The notes under the pieces were generated by a model. That model ran no database searches. It was given only the letters and a program-made list of their open reading frames with translations, and was not told the DNA's origin. Below, piece after piece: positions 13,079 to 23,349 of a stretch of DNA of 36,534 nt (position 1 is the stretch's first letter; each line of letters starts with the position of its first letter). The translations under genes and the position numbers were made by a program. Location: NCBI GenBank assembly GCA_000697335.1, contig JNEM01012261.1:1-36534 (forward strand). Direction: 5' to 3'. The stretch is from Conidiobolus incongruus B7586 (lineage: Eukaryota).

Positions 13079-14572
13079 ATGCAACCACACGATTACACTT
13101 GGGTATTTGTTTGTACTCTCATCGCCGCTTTCTCTGATGCTTACGGTATTGGTGCTAACGATGTCGCTAACTCCTTCTCTACCTCCGTTTCGTCCGGTTC
13201 CATTACCTTAGCTCAAGCCTGTCTTATTGCTTCTTTCACCGAGTTTTTTGGTGCTCTCCTTTTAGGTGCTGGTACTGCCTCCACAATTCGTGATGGTATC
13301 ATCAGTTTAAAACTTTTCGAAGGAAAGCCTGAGGTGTTAATGCTTGGTATGTTATGTGCTTTGATCGGATCCTCTGTTTGGACTCTTATTGCCACTAGAA
13401 TGGGATGGCCTGTTTCTACTACTCACTCTATCGTTGGTGCCATCATTGGTGTTGGTATTTCTGGATTCGGATTTGGTGCTGTCAAGTGGGGATGGAATGG
13501 TTTGGGAAAAATCATTGCCTCTTGGTTTATTTCTCCAGTATTGGCTGCTGTTGTAGCCAGTATCATCTTCTTAGTCACCAGAACATTTGTTTTGAAAGCT
13601 GAAAACTCTTTCCAAAGAGGTCTCTATGCCATCCCAGTTTATTTCGGTATTACCTTTGCCATCGATATCTTCTATGTTTTGTTTAAGAATGGTAAAGGAC
13701 CTGGTGATTTAGCCATTGGATATACCGTTTTGATCGTTTTAGCTTGTGGTGTTGTTATTGCTGGATTGTGTTGGTTCTTATTCGTTCCTTGGTTGAAGCG
13801 TAAGATTTTGAACAAGGAAGATCTCCGCTTCTATCATATTCCTGCCATTCTCTTCCTTTCCGAAAGACCTAAGGTCAGTGATAAATCTGAAGAAGCTGGA
13901 CATGCTCAACAACCTAAGACTAGAGAGCCTCCTACCACTATTGCTGGTAAAATTTATGCTGCTCTTACTCACGGTTTTACGGTTGATGTTACCGATGTTA
14001 GTCATGATCCTCGTTTACAAGCTATGCATGATGATGCTGTTCAATATGATCCCAATACTGAATACATGTATTCTTTCTTACAAGTTGTCACTGCTTCAAT
14101 GGCCTCATTCGCTCATGGTTCCAATGATGTTGCTAATGCTATTGGTCCTCTCTCCGCTGTCTACCATATCTGGTCTACTGGAAAATTGCCTAGTGATAAG
14201 ACTGAAGTTCCTATTTGGGTTTTGGCTTTAGGTGGTGCTGCTATTGATATTGGTTTATTGACCTATGGTTACAATATTATGAGATCTCTTGGTAATCACA
14301 TTACTTTCCACTCGCCTTCTCGTGGTTTCAGTATGGAATTAGGTGCTTCATTAACTGTCCTTACCGCTTCCAAAATCAATGTTCCCGTTTCCACCACTCA
14401 CTGTATTACTGGTGCCACCGCTGGTGTCGGTCTCTGCTCTGGTAAATGGAATGCTGTTAACTGGCGTCTTGTTGCTCAATGTTTCTTCTCTTGGATCGTA
14501 ACTGTCCCATTCGCTGCCTTGGTTTCTGGACTCATTTTTGCTTTCGCTTCCAGAGCCCCTACCTTGGTTTAA
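13079..14572 (+). CDS. PHO89: PiT/SLC20-family phosphate symporter (Pho89/PHO-4-like), copy 2, 497 aa, tandem paralog
   Basis: Same PiT signatures as copy 1. The true start is ATG 13079 (MQPHDYTW aligns with MQAHDYTW). The ORF-track start at 13061 is a TTG. Confidence 0.95.
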   Translation: MQPHDYTWVFVCTLIAAFSDAYGIGANDVANSFSTSVSSGSITLAQACLIASFTEFFGALLLGAGTASTIRDGIISLKLFEGKPEVLMLGMLCALIGSSVWTLIATRMGWPVSTTHSIVGAIIGVGISGFGFGAVKWGWNGLGKIIASWFISPVLAAVVASIIFLVTRTFVLKAENSFQRGLYAIPVYFGITFAIDIFYVLFKNGKGPGDLAIGYTVLIVLACGVVIAGLCWFLFVPWLKRKILNKEDLRFYHIPAILFLSERPKVSDKSEEAGHAQQPKTREPPTTIAGKIYAALTHGFTVDVTDVSHDPRLQAMHDDAVQYDPNTEYMYSFLQVVTASMASFAHGSNDVANAIGPLSAVYHIWSTGKLPSDKTEVPIWVLALGGAAIDIGLLTYGYNIMRSLGNHITFHSPSRGFSMELGASLTVLTASKINVPVSTTHCITGATAGVGLCSGKWNAVNWRLVAQCFFSWIVTVPFAALVSGLIFAFASRAPTLV

Positions 14573-15348
14573 AAAATTATAGTCATTATTAAATAGATAT
14601 AAAATCATAATTATTTAATTAGTTAATCAATATATATCTTTCTATATATTTTGTACTATAACAATCTTTATACATAATTTTCAATTAACAGGTTAAAATG
14701 ATGTAACAGCTTATATAACTTCAAAATTAAAATTTATGAATTATTTAAAGAAGAAATATCCTGAGTATTATGTTAAAATTTAAATAATATTATACAATAT
14801 TGTATTATAATGTTTCAATCCTCATATAATTTTTGAAATAATTATTAGGGGTAATTAATTCAAGGAAAAAAGTTTTAAATTCTAGATTAAAATTTTGTAT
14901 AATTATGATAGTCCGAATTTGATAATTTTGCATTTAATATATGTGGATAATCTATATATAGACATATGACGAATAGTAATGAAAATTGAATCATCTTAAG
15001 CTTTGCTAATAATATAAAGAGTTGATTAATAGCAATATCATATCCTTGTTTTATACTATTCCTATTATATCAACGTTAATCAAAAACAAGGATTGTATAC
15101 ATTAATTTGGTGGAATAAATAATAAAATCTATTAACAAAGGTATGTTCTCGAATAACATTATGCAAGAAGGAAATTAAATATTAATCAATATATACAATA
15201 CATATGTATCTGGAACAATATTTAATGCATCAAACTTTTTTAGCTTCGCAGTTACGCTAAAGTCTCAAAAGGAATCGCTATTTGCCTCGAAAATTATTCC
15301 AAATAGGTGATTAATAGTAGTCATTGGTCGTTTAAATCAAGTTACAAT

Positions 15349-18300
15349 ATGTCTAATCAGGAATTTGGAAAGGAAAGACAATATAATTTGCTTTTGAAAA
15401 GGTAATGATGCTTTCATTTACTTATTAAATTTTATGATGATTATCATGAATTTTATAACTTAGAAATATATTTTGCACAGATTGGATCATTAAATTATTT
15501 CAGAATGTTCATTTTTCAAATTCATTGAGTTATTATTATTTGCCAAAAAATAAATTGAATATAGAACAAAGAACCAACAAATTTACCATCATTAGAGTTT
15601 ATAAGCAACTTATTCAAAAATATTTACAAGTAGTCATTAAGTTTAGAACTTTGATGAGACTAGAAAACAGTCCGATAATACATGATAGTAGAATACATAG
15701 TAATATACATTCTTAAATTTAAGATATTTAGTTAATGAATTTATTTAGAATACCAAAGTTCGACACGATTTCAATTGATATTAAATATCTTTGAAAACTT
15801 CGCTTTGTTGAATACTTTATTGAAAAACAAATGCCACTTAGCTAAGCTGGTTGCCACATTTATAATCAAGACTTTAGAATTTTCGCTGGTTATTTCAACT
15901 TTAATATCCAAATCAGTTTTTCAACAGTATTATTATATTCAAACATTGAATTTAATCAAGACTCAGAGATTCAAAATCAATAATAGTATTGCAAGATTTT
16001 ACACTTTATGGATAATTAACTATGCAAAATATATTTATTATAATATAAAAACTACTAAGATTTTTAACCTTAAGATGAACATTGGTATGCAGCGATATCA
16101 TTTTTTGGTGCAGAAGCATTCCTCTAAAGGTAATGAAAAACCTGATCTAAACCTCAAGCGTTCATCAGGAATTAAGATTTGCACGAGGATACCAGTTGAA
16201 TGGAAATTGGAGAAAAATTATAAATATTTTCCAGCTAAAAAAATTAGCGCTAATTGGAAAAAGACTTACAAGTGTATTAAACCAAAAGCTAAAGATTCTA
16301 GCATCGATATCGACTCTGATCAAGCATATATCTACATAATTAACTCAACGGGAGTTTCGTTGACTTTGAAATCTGCACCTTCAATTCTTGATAGATATAT
16401 ACACAATTTATCTCAAAAAAGATACACCCATGATAAGCTAACCAAAAATGTCAATACTATATTTAATCATTATCAAGGAATCATTACATTTCCAAGAGAT
16501 TGCCCAGTTAGACAAGTTATTGGAGATCTGTCAAAATCCAAGAAAGTTGCAATACAAAAAGCATCGTGGAAAGCAATAATTGAGCTACACAAGCAACAAT
16601 CTATCGATGATTATTTAAATCCTGTAAATTTCCCAACACCGTCTGAAAGTTCGTTAGATCAAATTAAAACATTTAATAAAAACGATTTTCCCAATGCTTT
16701 ACGAAACAAAGGTGAAGTTTATGAGAAGAAATTTCCAGAAATATTCAAGAATTATATACACTCAGACGTTGGAATATATATGAACATAATTGATATGGAA
16801 GATATAAATCACTTAGATGGGAACATCATCAGGCATCTCGGAATATTAACATGTAAACCCTTTCATGATACATTAAAAATACCTTTATTTTATGAAGGGA
16901 AGAAGGTTATGGTATCAGTCAAATCAACTAATAACCTATTCAAAATGCAAAGTGATCAAATAGAAATGATAACGATTTTCACTAGAGCGCTCTTAGATTA
17001 TTCATTTAACAAGGAAATTGAATGGTATTTGGACAAAATGAGATTTTTATTACTACCACTAAAGTCATCTTGTGATGAATCGAGTATCATTGATTGGGAT
17101 GAAATATACGAATTCTTAAAAAACTTTGCAAAGCCTGCTAACACTAAGTTTCAAGACAAGTGCATTATCAAGGATACATTAAATTATAATACAATTTACG
17201 TTATCAGAGAAATATTACAAGATATGGAAATTGATTCGTTCGTTCCAAATGTCGTACCTGCCATAACTTTTAGAGAGTTATTCCATTCTAAATTCAAAAT
17301 TGAAAAAATACTAAAGGACAAGCAAGATATTTTTAAAGTGCTCAAATTAAAAGTGGCTACTAACAATTTGACTAAAGAATCCAGTTTAACCAAGGTACTT
17401 CAAAATGGTTCAAACATCAGTTACAGCTTGAGCCAATTCTGTAAGAATGTTTGTTATAGCATTAAATATTTCAAGACTGCTCAAGTAATCCCATCAATAT
17501 TACATATCATCCACCATCTAGCACTATCGTTTGAATTAAAAGATTTAATAAATGAGCCCAAGATTGACCATCATCAACTTGCAATTGCTCTCACTCAATA
17601 TAAAGCACAAATGGCTTATGACTGCGGAAGATTGAGTTTCTTGGGCCATTCATTTATAAAATTTGCCTCGACATTGTATCTATATTGTAAACATCCTCAA
17701 ATTCTAGAATCGGAGCTTCATCAAAAAAGAAAATCAATCCTTAATCAAGATATAATGTTAAAAGTTGCATCAAATTTCAAATTACCAAAATATATCAATA
17801 TGGTCCCATTAATTAAAAACAACACCAGTCCTCCAGGATTCTTTATCAACATGTTATCCAACCCCAATTATATCCCAACCCAGTACATTAGTACTAGAAA
17901 TATCATTCAAAATGTCAAGGCAATCATAGGTGCTAGTGTATTGAGCAAAAAATTAGGCAAAGAAGAATTAGCATTCAATGTTATGGTAACAATGGGATTT
18001 CCATTTTCACAAACTTGGTCGGAATTAAAGTTGAGTTATGTACAAGAAAATATTGAATCAGATATTTGGCAATTATTGGAAGTGATTCAAGCTATTGAAC
18101 ATATTATCGATTATAAATTTAGAAACAAGTACCTATTAATTGAAGCTTTGACTCATGATTCGTATCAACACAGAAAGACAGCTTGTTATGAACGATTGGA
18201 GTTTTTAGGCGATGCTATCTTAGATTATTTCACTGCTCTATATTTGTATCAAAGATATAAAGATATAAATCTAAAGGAATTAATGGTTATGCAAAGTATT

Positions 18301-18606
18301 TGCGTCTCTAATTCTGTGCTATCTGATATATGCATGCAAATGAAATTGGATAAATATATTTTCGTGTCTAATATTGGTAGACGCCAATCAGATAGCGATA
18401 GCACAGTATTTAACGCTCCTAAGGATCAATGCAATCTTAAGGATACTAAAATTCCTAGTGATGTTATTGAATCATTAACAGCTGCATTATTAATTGATAG
18501 TAAATTTAATATTCAAGTAACTTATGAGTTCTTTGAAAAACATATTGTATCAATAATGAATCAATATATGGTCACCTGGAAACAACCCAATGGTCACACA
18601 AAGTAG
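15349..18606 (+). CDS. Atypical Dicer-like RNase III protein, about 1048 aa (predicted exons 15349-15401, 15464-15699, 15749-18606)
   Basis: Two GT-AG introns (15402-15463 and 15700-15748) join the 15525 and 15775 ORFs in frame. Recognisable parts are a degenerate helicase insertion/C-terminal region (IFCTDW), a Dicer dimerisation domain (STGVSLTLKSAPSILDRY...SKKVAIQKASWKAIIELH...IDDYLNP), a platform/PAZ-like region, a degenerate RNase IIIa (GRLSFLGHSFIK) and an intact RNase IIIb (EALTH, YERLEFLGDAILD, SDVIES). The start codon is tentative and further 5' exons are possible. Confidence 0.88.
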
Positions 18607-19205
18607 CAAACTATATTATAGAAGATTCCCAATGCCACAACTACGAAATTAGGTAAAAATGAGTTGAATATTAAGAAACTGGTGAAACTGAAACTTGTAC
18701 ATCTTATATTATCCTTGAATTAAAGGTGTCATAATCAAATTGTAATAACGTGATTCAAAGCAAAAAGAAAGCTGCCAAAATATTTCATCAAACTGTTTAG
18801 AGAAGATTCGAGATTAATTTAAGGTTGTTATAATTGTTAAATTAAGGTACATAATATTTTAGTATATAAGTTGAATGCTATTAATTATTTTGTCAGATAT
18901 TTAGATAATTTTTTAAGAAAATTTCATTATAATATTCACTGATTAATTAGCTTAACTATTGAGTGGAAAGTACATAATATTTATACGTTTGATAAATTGT
19001 TAAATTGCTCTTAAATAAACAATCATTTAAAACCAATAAATACTTCTAAATATTTGTTAAAAAAGGATACTTGTTATCTAAATTATTATATTCGAATTGT
19101 CACATCAAGCACAATAAATCACAATAGTCAGTACTATTTATATATTATTAGTATTACTAAATTTCAATCAATATTGTAATCTTAAATTTATAATACCAAA
19201 ATAAT

Positions 19206-19780
19206 TTAACGAATAGGGTGAATTTCGGGATAGTCCTTTAAAGTACCTACCAAAACATACTTATTTCTGAAATGAATTTGCCAATCTAAAACAGCTTCCC
19301 ATTCACTTTTGGACAAATCTTTCAAATCGTCCCAAGGTAAGTGAATAGGAGTTAACATATCAATATCAAAAGAGTGTTTAGCTAAACCTCTACTAGCATC
19401 CCTTCCTGCAAAGTTTTCATATGGACCACCTAATAATAATAATAATGATATACTATATATAAAATTAAATATTGGTAAAAACTACCTGGACCATAGAAAT
19501 TTCTGCCGCTACTAACGTCAAATACTTCACCTAATACACCCATATAAACTTGGTTACGGTCGGCACCGTTAAAAGGTTGCAACTCCTGAGGAGTATAGGC
19601 TTTAAATTCAATACTCTTTGGAGGTCCCTGGGGTTTTGTTTGAGCTTCATAATTGCTACTCTCCTCCGATGTGAAGAGGCTATAGATCATAATGCCTAAA
19701 ACTGTCAAGAGGGACCAATTTGCAGGGTTGGATTGAATTTGCAGAAGAATTTTATCGAGTGGAAATAGTGGCAAATTCAT
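19206..19780 (-). CDS. DAP1: Membrane-associated progesterone receptor (MAPR)/Dap1-type cytochrome b5-like heme/steroid-binding protein, 172 aa (exons 19780-19486 and 19429-19206)
   Basis: N-terminal transmembrane helix. Splicing the 56-nt intron 19430-19485 gives [50 protein letters not shown]...W..HF.NKY.LVG.L, the typical Dap1/PGRMC1 motif series. Confidence 0.93.
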
Positions 19781-20558
19781 TATTAATATATTATTTATGA
19801 TCTTTTTAGTATTTATTACAATATATTATTTTTATAGGATTAAAAATGAGACTTGAGACTGGATTATTTCATCTCTTATATAATATTTTTTTTGTATTTA
19901 TGTTTTCCCATTTTTATTACCTAATTAAAATTTCGAAATTATTATCTATTAAAATTGGATATATGTAACATATATTTATTTATTATCCAATAAAATTAAA
20001 AATGTATTAGAAAGAAAAAGATTGATTAATACCAATTTTCACATTTGTAAACCCATAACCCTAAACAATAAATATTTTTCTAAATTTCAAAAACCTGTCC
20101 AATATCTAATTATCAAATAATTGACAAAACTAATAAACAAGAAAAATCATTTGAACTGAGACCATACCTAATAATATCTAAATTAGAAATAAAATTAAAG
20201 GTATCAATTGTCATCCCGATCTCTAATCGAAAGTCCATTTGATAAGTATCCCCGTCTAACTCCAGAATACGACCACATATTTCTGAAAACCAAGCAGTTA
20301 AAAAAATTGGAAAATATTAAACGAAAATTAAATGATCCATCAAATTTCAAATGTATTCAATTTAATTGATATCACATTCTAGTAGAAAAAATCGCCCATT
20401 ACACTTATAAGAAGGTCAGAAAAAGATATATCAATTAAGATTGGGAATTGCACATGTATATAGATTATTGGAAAGATATTAAAGGTAAAATTGTCAAGAA
20501 ATAAATTTTAAATTATGTATATTGTAATAATTGTTTCATTTTTCAAATCTTTGTTAAA

Positions 20559-20570
20559 TACTAACACTAG
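20559..20570 (+). other. Consensus branch point and 3' splice site (TACTAAC-AC-TAG) directly in front of a GC-rich island
   Basis: TACTAAC at 20559-20565 and AG at 20569-20570, after an AT/U-rich tract. Candidate donors are AG|GTAAAA at 20485 and GTATAT at 20517. Confidence 0.5.
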
Positions 20571-20910
20571 TTGGGAAAGCCGTGTTCGAATTTATTTAAA
20601 TATAAGGGAGAGATCTGGGGAATTCCAGATAACTGTTGGAGAAAGAGGGAGTTTATTGGTTTAAGACAGATAGCTGGGAAGACCCAGATCGAGCTCGCCA
20701 TCTTGAGGATGGCTCTTATTTTGAGTTTTTCATAGAGTGAATAAGGTAAAATGATTGATGAGGTTTTCTGGTGGCTTGTATGATCAGCCAATTAAAGGAT
20801 AGAACTGCAGTGGCTGATCATGTGAGGAGGGAGTGATCATAATATTCAGTTGATGTAAGCATATTTAGTCGGAGAGAAGCCTCCTGACCAGTTACGATAC
20901 TTTCAAGTCA
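20571..20910 (+). other. Unassigned GC-rich island with several hairpins: structured ncRNA exon or decayed coding exon
   Basis: GC rises sharply against the flanks. Stems include 20613-18/20625-30, 20674-78/20683-87, 20697-702/20708-13, an 11-bp stem 20780-90/20811-21 and 20868-74/20881-88. No long open frame is present. Confidence 0.4.
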
Positions 20911-21649
20911 TATAAATTATCATAAATGTTATTATAAAACTAATTTATTATTTATCATATTTTTGATCTAATTTTTTATAATTTAATATTTTAATAACTA
21001 ATTTTAATATTTGAAATTTAAACTAATATTAATCCATTAATTAAACCTATTAAAAATTAAAATTTTTAATAATTATTATACATTATCTCAAAATATTCAA
21101 GTCTTAAAACTATTATTTAGATATTTTATCAAATCACTAAATTAATATCCATACATTATAAAAACTCAATACGAACATTATTTTCATCATATAATAATAT
21201 TATTAAATTTGAATGATTAATCTAAGTGAATTATAATGAACCATCTCAATTGGATCTTTTTTATTCTTATTATTATATTAAATTTGAAAATTGTGAATTA
21301 TTATAGTAAAATTAAAAGTAATTTTTTTTGTATTAAATAATAATATTTAAAATATTATTAATATTATTAACTTATATTAAATTTTATTAAATGGTTAAAT
21401 TTTTAATGTTTAATATATTATAAATATTAATTATATTTTCAATATATTTTATTGAATATTTGTATTGAATTTTAATTTAATTGGTTTAATTGATCTATAA
21501 AATATAATAAATGAACAACTTTCAATAAGATTTTTAGCCATTATTAAGATTATAGTTTTTTTATTAAATGCTAATTATAAAATTACCAAATGATGATTAG
21601 TACTCATAATAAATAATATTAAGTATATGGGAAAGAATTAATTTTTTAT

Positions 21650-22790
21650 CATCACCGCAGCAAATCTAAGTCTTCTTGTTTTCCAGACCTTCGACTTTGA
21701 CACCACCACTGTAGTCGATGTACAACTCTTTCCTCTGGATTTTTTCAGTGGCGAAGAAGTCTAGCTCGTAGATGGCAAGCGAGTTGGTGACAATACTATA
21801 GACACCGAGGCTGGGTAAGCAGGAGTGGTTGATGAAGCGGTGATATTACAGTAAGAGTGAGCGTCTATGTACATGTCTTGCTTGATTTTGATGCCATTGG
21901 CAAAGTCCAGGTCAAAGAGGTATATGGAGCCCTTATTGTCGTGCTTTTTGCCAAGTTCTTCGGCTTGATCTTAAGTGATCATGACATAAGTGTATTTGCA
22001 ACCAAATGTATCCTTGGGAATGCCTTGGAGAGCTCCTACGTCTCAAGTTTTGTATCTAGTGCGGATTGCTTGCAGTGAGACACTTCTATCTATCTGAGTA
22101 ATACGATTGAGACTTTTAAGGTCGCAAATGAATTTAGAATTTCACTCTTGAATCAATTAATTATTGATATCTTTTAGAGCAAGGTTAGCACTATAAGGAA
22201 GAGTATGTGAACTAAAACAGCTTTTTACAATAGCTTTTTGCTTAATAAGTTTGCTGTTAGCTTTGTCACGTGTATGAAGAAAAAAGCTTAACACATTTAG
22301 TATCAATCTTGACTTGTGGGCCGAGTATCAAGTTGTTGACATAACTGAAGTTTGGAGCAGGATCATTGTCCACATTTTTGACCTATGGCAGTATCATCAT
22401 CCTGGTTCAAAAGAATTCAGAATATCTCTAATTCATCTGGTAAGAATTCTTTGAATATAGGCTATCTTCTTTTAGTGCGTTGGCTCCCCTTACTGGATGT
22501 AATGAATTAACTAAATGCACGAATGAAACCTGGATAATCAAGTATCTGATTGCCAGGTTGATAAGTATACGTGAAAACCCCTCCATTTGGCTAATGCTGT
22601 CTCTAAAATTCTTTCGTCAATATTCAAATAATCATGATAGCTTGGAAAATTAATATCATTCTATATAGCATTTTAAGTTCAATAATACATTGAATCTGGA
22701 GAAATCTATCAGCATCATACTAATTAAAACTGATTCAAAATTTACATCATATACCTGATTTTCAAGTGGTTGTGTCAATGCAAGAAAATT
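21650..22790 (-). pseudogene. clr4: Clr4/SUV39H-family H3K9 methyltransferase pseudogene (chromodomain, pre-SET, SET, post-SET)
   Basis: Minus-strand translation gives chromodomain LAKWRGFHVYLSTW (KWRG at 22577-22588), pre-SET VKNVDNDPAPNFSYVNNLILG and IQE*NSK..C...LNRITQ, SET KT*DV..IPKDTF..Y..MIT*DQAEELG...GSIYLFDLD (21905-21922), YIDAHSYCNI, a frameshift near 21840, RFINHSC (21819-21839), FFATEKI..ELYIDY (21711-21728) and post-SET CCG (21654-21662). It has multiple stops and lost zinc cysteines. The 5' boundary is approximate. Confidence 0.9.
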
Positions 22791-23349
22791 AGATAGCCTA
22801 ATTAATAGATTGTTAATATGAACTATTATTATTTTGGTAATTTTTTGATAAATTAATTAAGAATATATGAGTTTGAGATTGGTTTAACTGAACTGGATTT
22901 TAAAGGAAAATTAAATTATTTGAGTTGAGATGTATACTAAAAAATTCAAATTGATAATTCATAAAAATATGAAATATATTATAATATATTAATATATATT
23001 CTGTAAAAGATAATTAATATTTAATTTATATATGCAATCTCACCAACCATTTATTATTTTTTTATCTGCTGTACAGTCTACAATATGGGTGAAATTTTAA
23101 TTTTATAACAAAGTAAGAAAATCTATTGATTTCTTTGAAACATGTTATCTCTAGTTAAAGTGAAATCTTTTAAATTAATTAATTGTTATTTAAAATATCC
23201 TATAGAATGGTTAAATTTATTAATAAACTTGTAAATTAAATAAATTTTTATATCTGACTTATTTAGACTCATTTTAAAGATGTAAAATATAAGATTGGTT
23301 CAGAGTTATGCTTAATATATAAAAATAATTAATAAAGCAAAAATTGAAA

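Noticed and set aside
13213..14608. Short antisense or overlapping ORFs (13213-13395, 13405-13602, 13778-14005, 14351-14608)
   Set aside because: They overlap a well-supported CDS and have no recognisable motifs.
15775..15777. ORF-track start of the Dicer
   Set aside because: It is a TTG inside an exon. The frame continues upstream through intron 15700-15748.
17196..17393. Antisense 65-aa ORF in the Dicer, and likewise 30094-30276 in the transcription factor
   Set aside because: Shadow ORFs with no independent support.
20567..20791. Minus-strand 74-aa ORF over the GC island
   Set aside because: Non-ATG start and no motif. Splice signals and G-U pairs point to the + strand.
20700..20890. 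U3 snoRNA-like boxes (AGAGTGA, TTGATGA, CTGA) and RNase P/MRP-like GAAAG motifs
   Set aside because: The U3 5' GAC/A'/A boxes are absent, and no proper P4 helix with a single bulged U could be built, so no family was assigned.
21857..22078. Plus-strand 73-aa ORF
   Set aside because: Antisense shadow of the SET-domain pseudogene.
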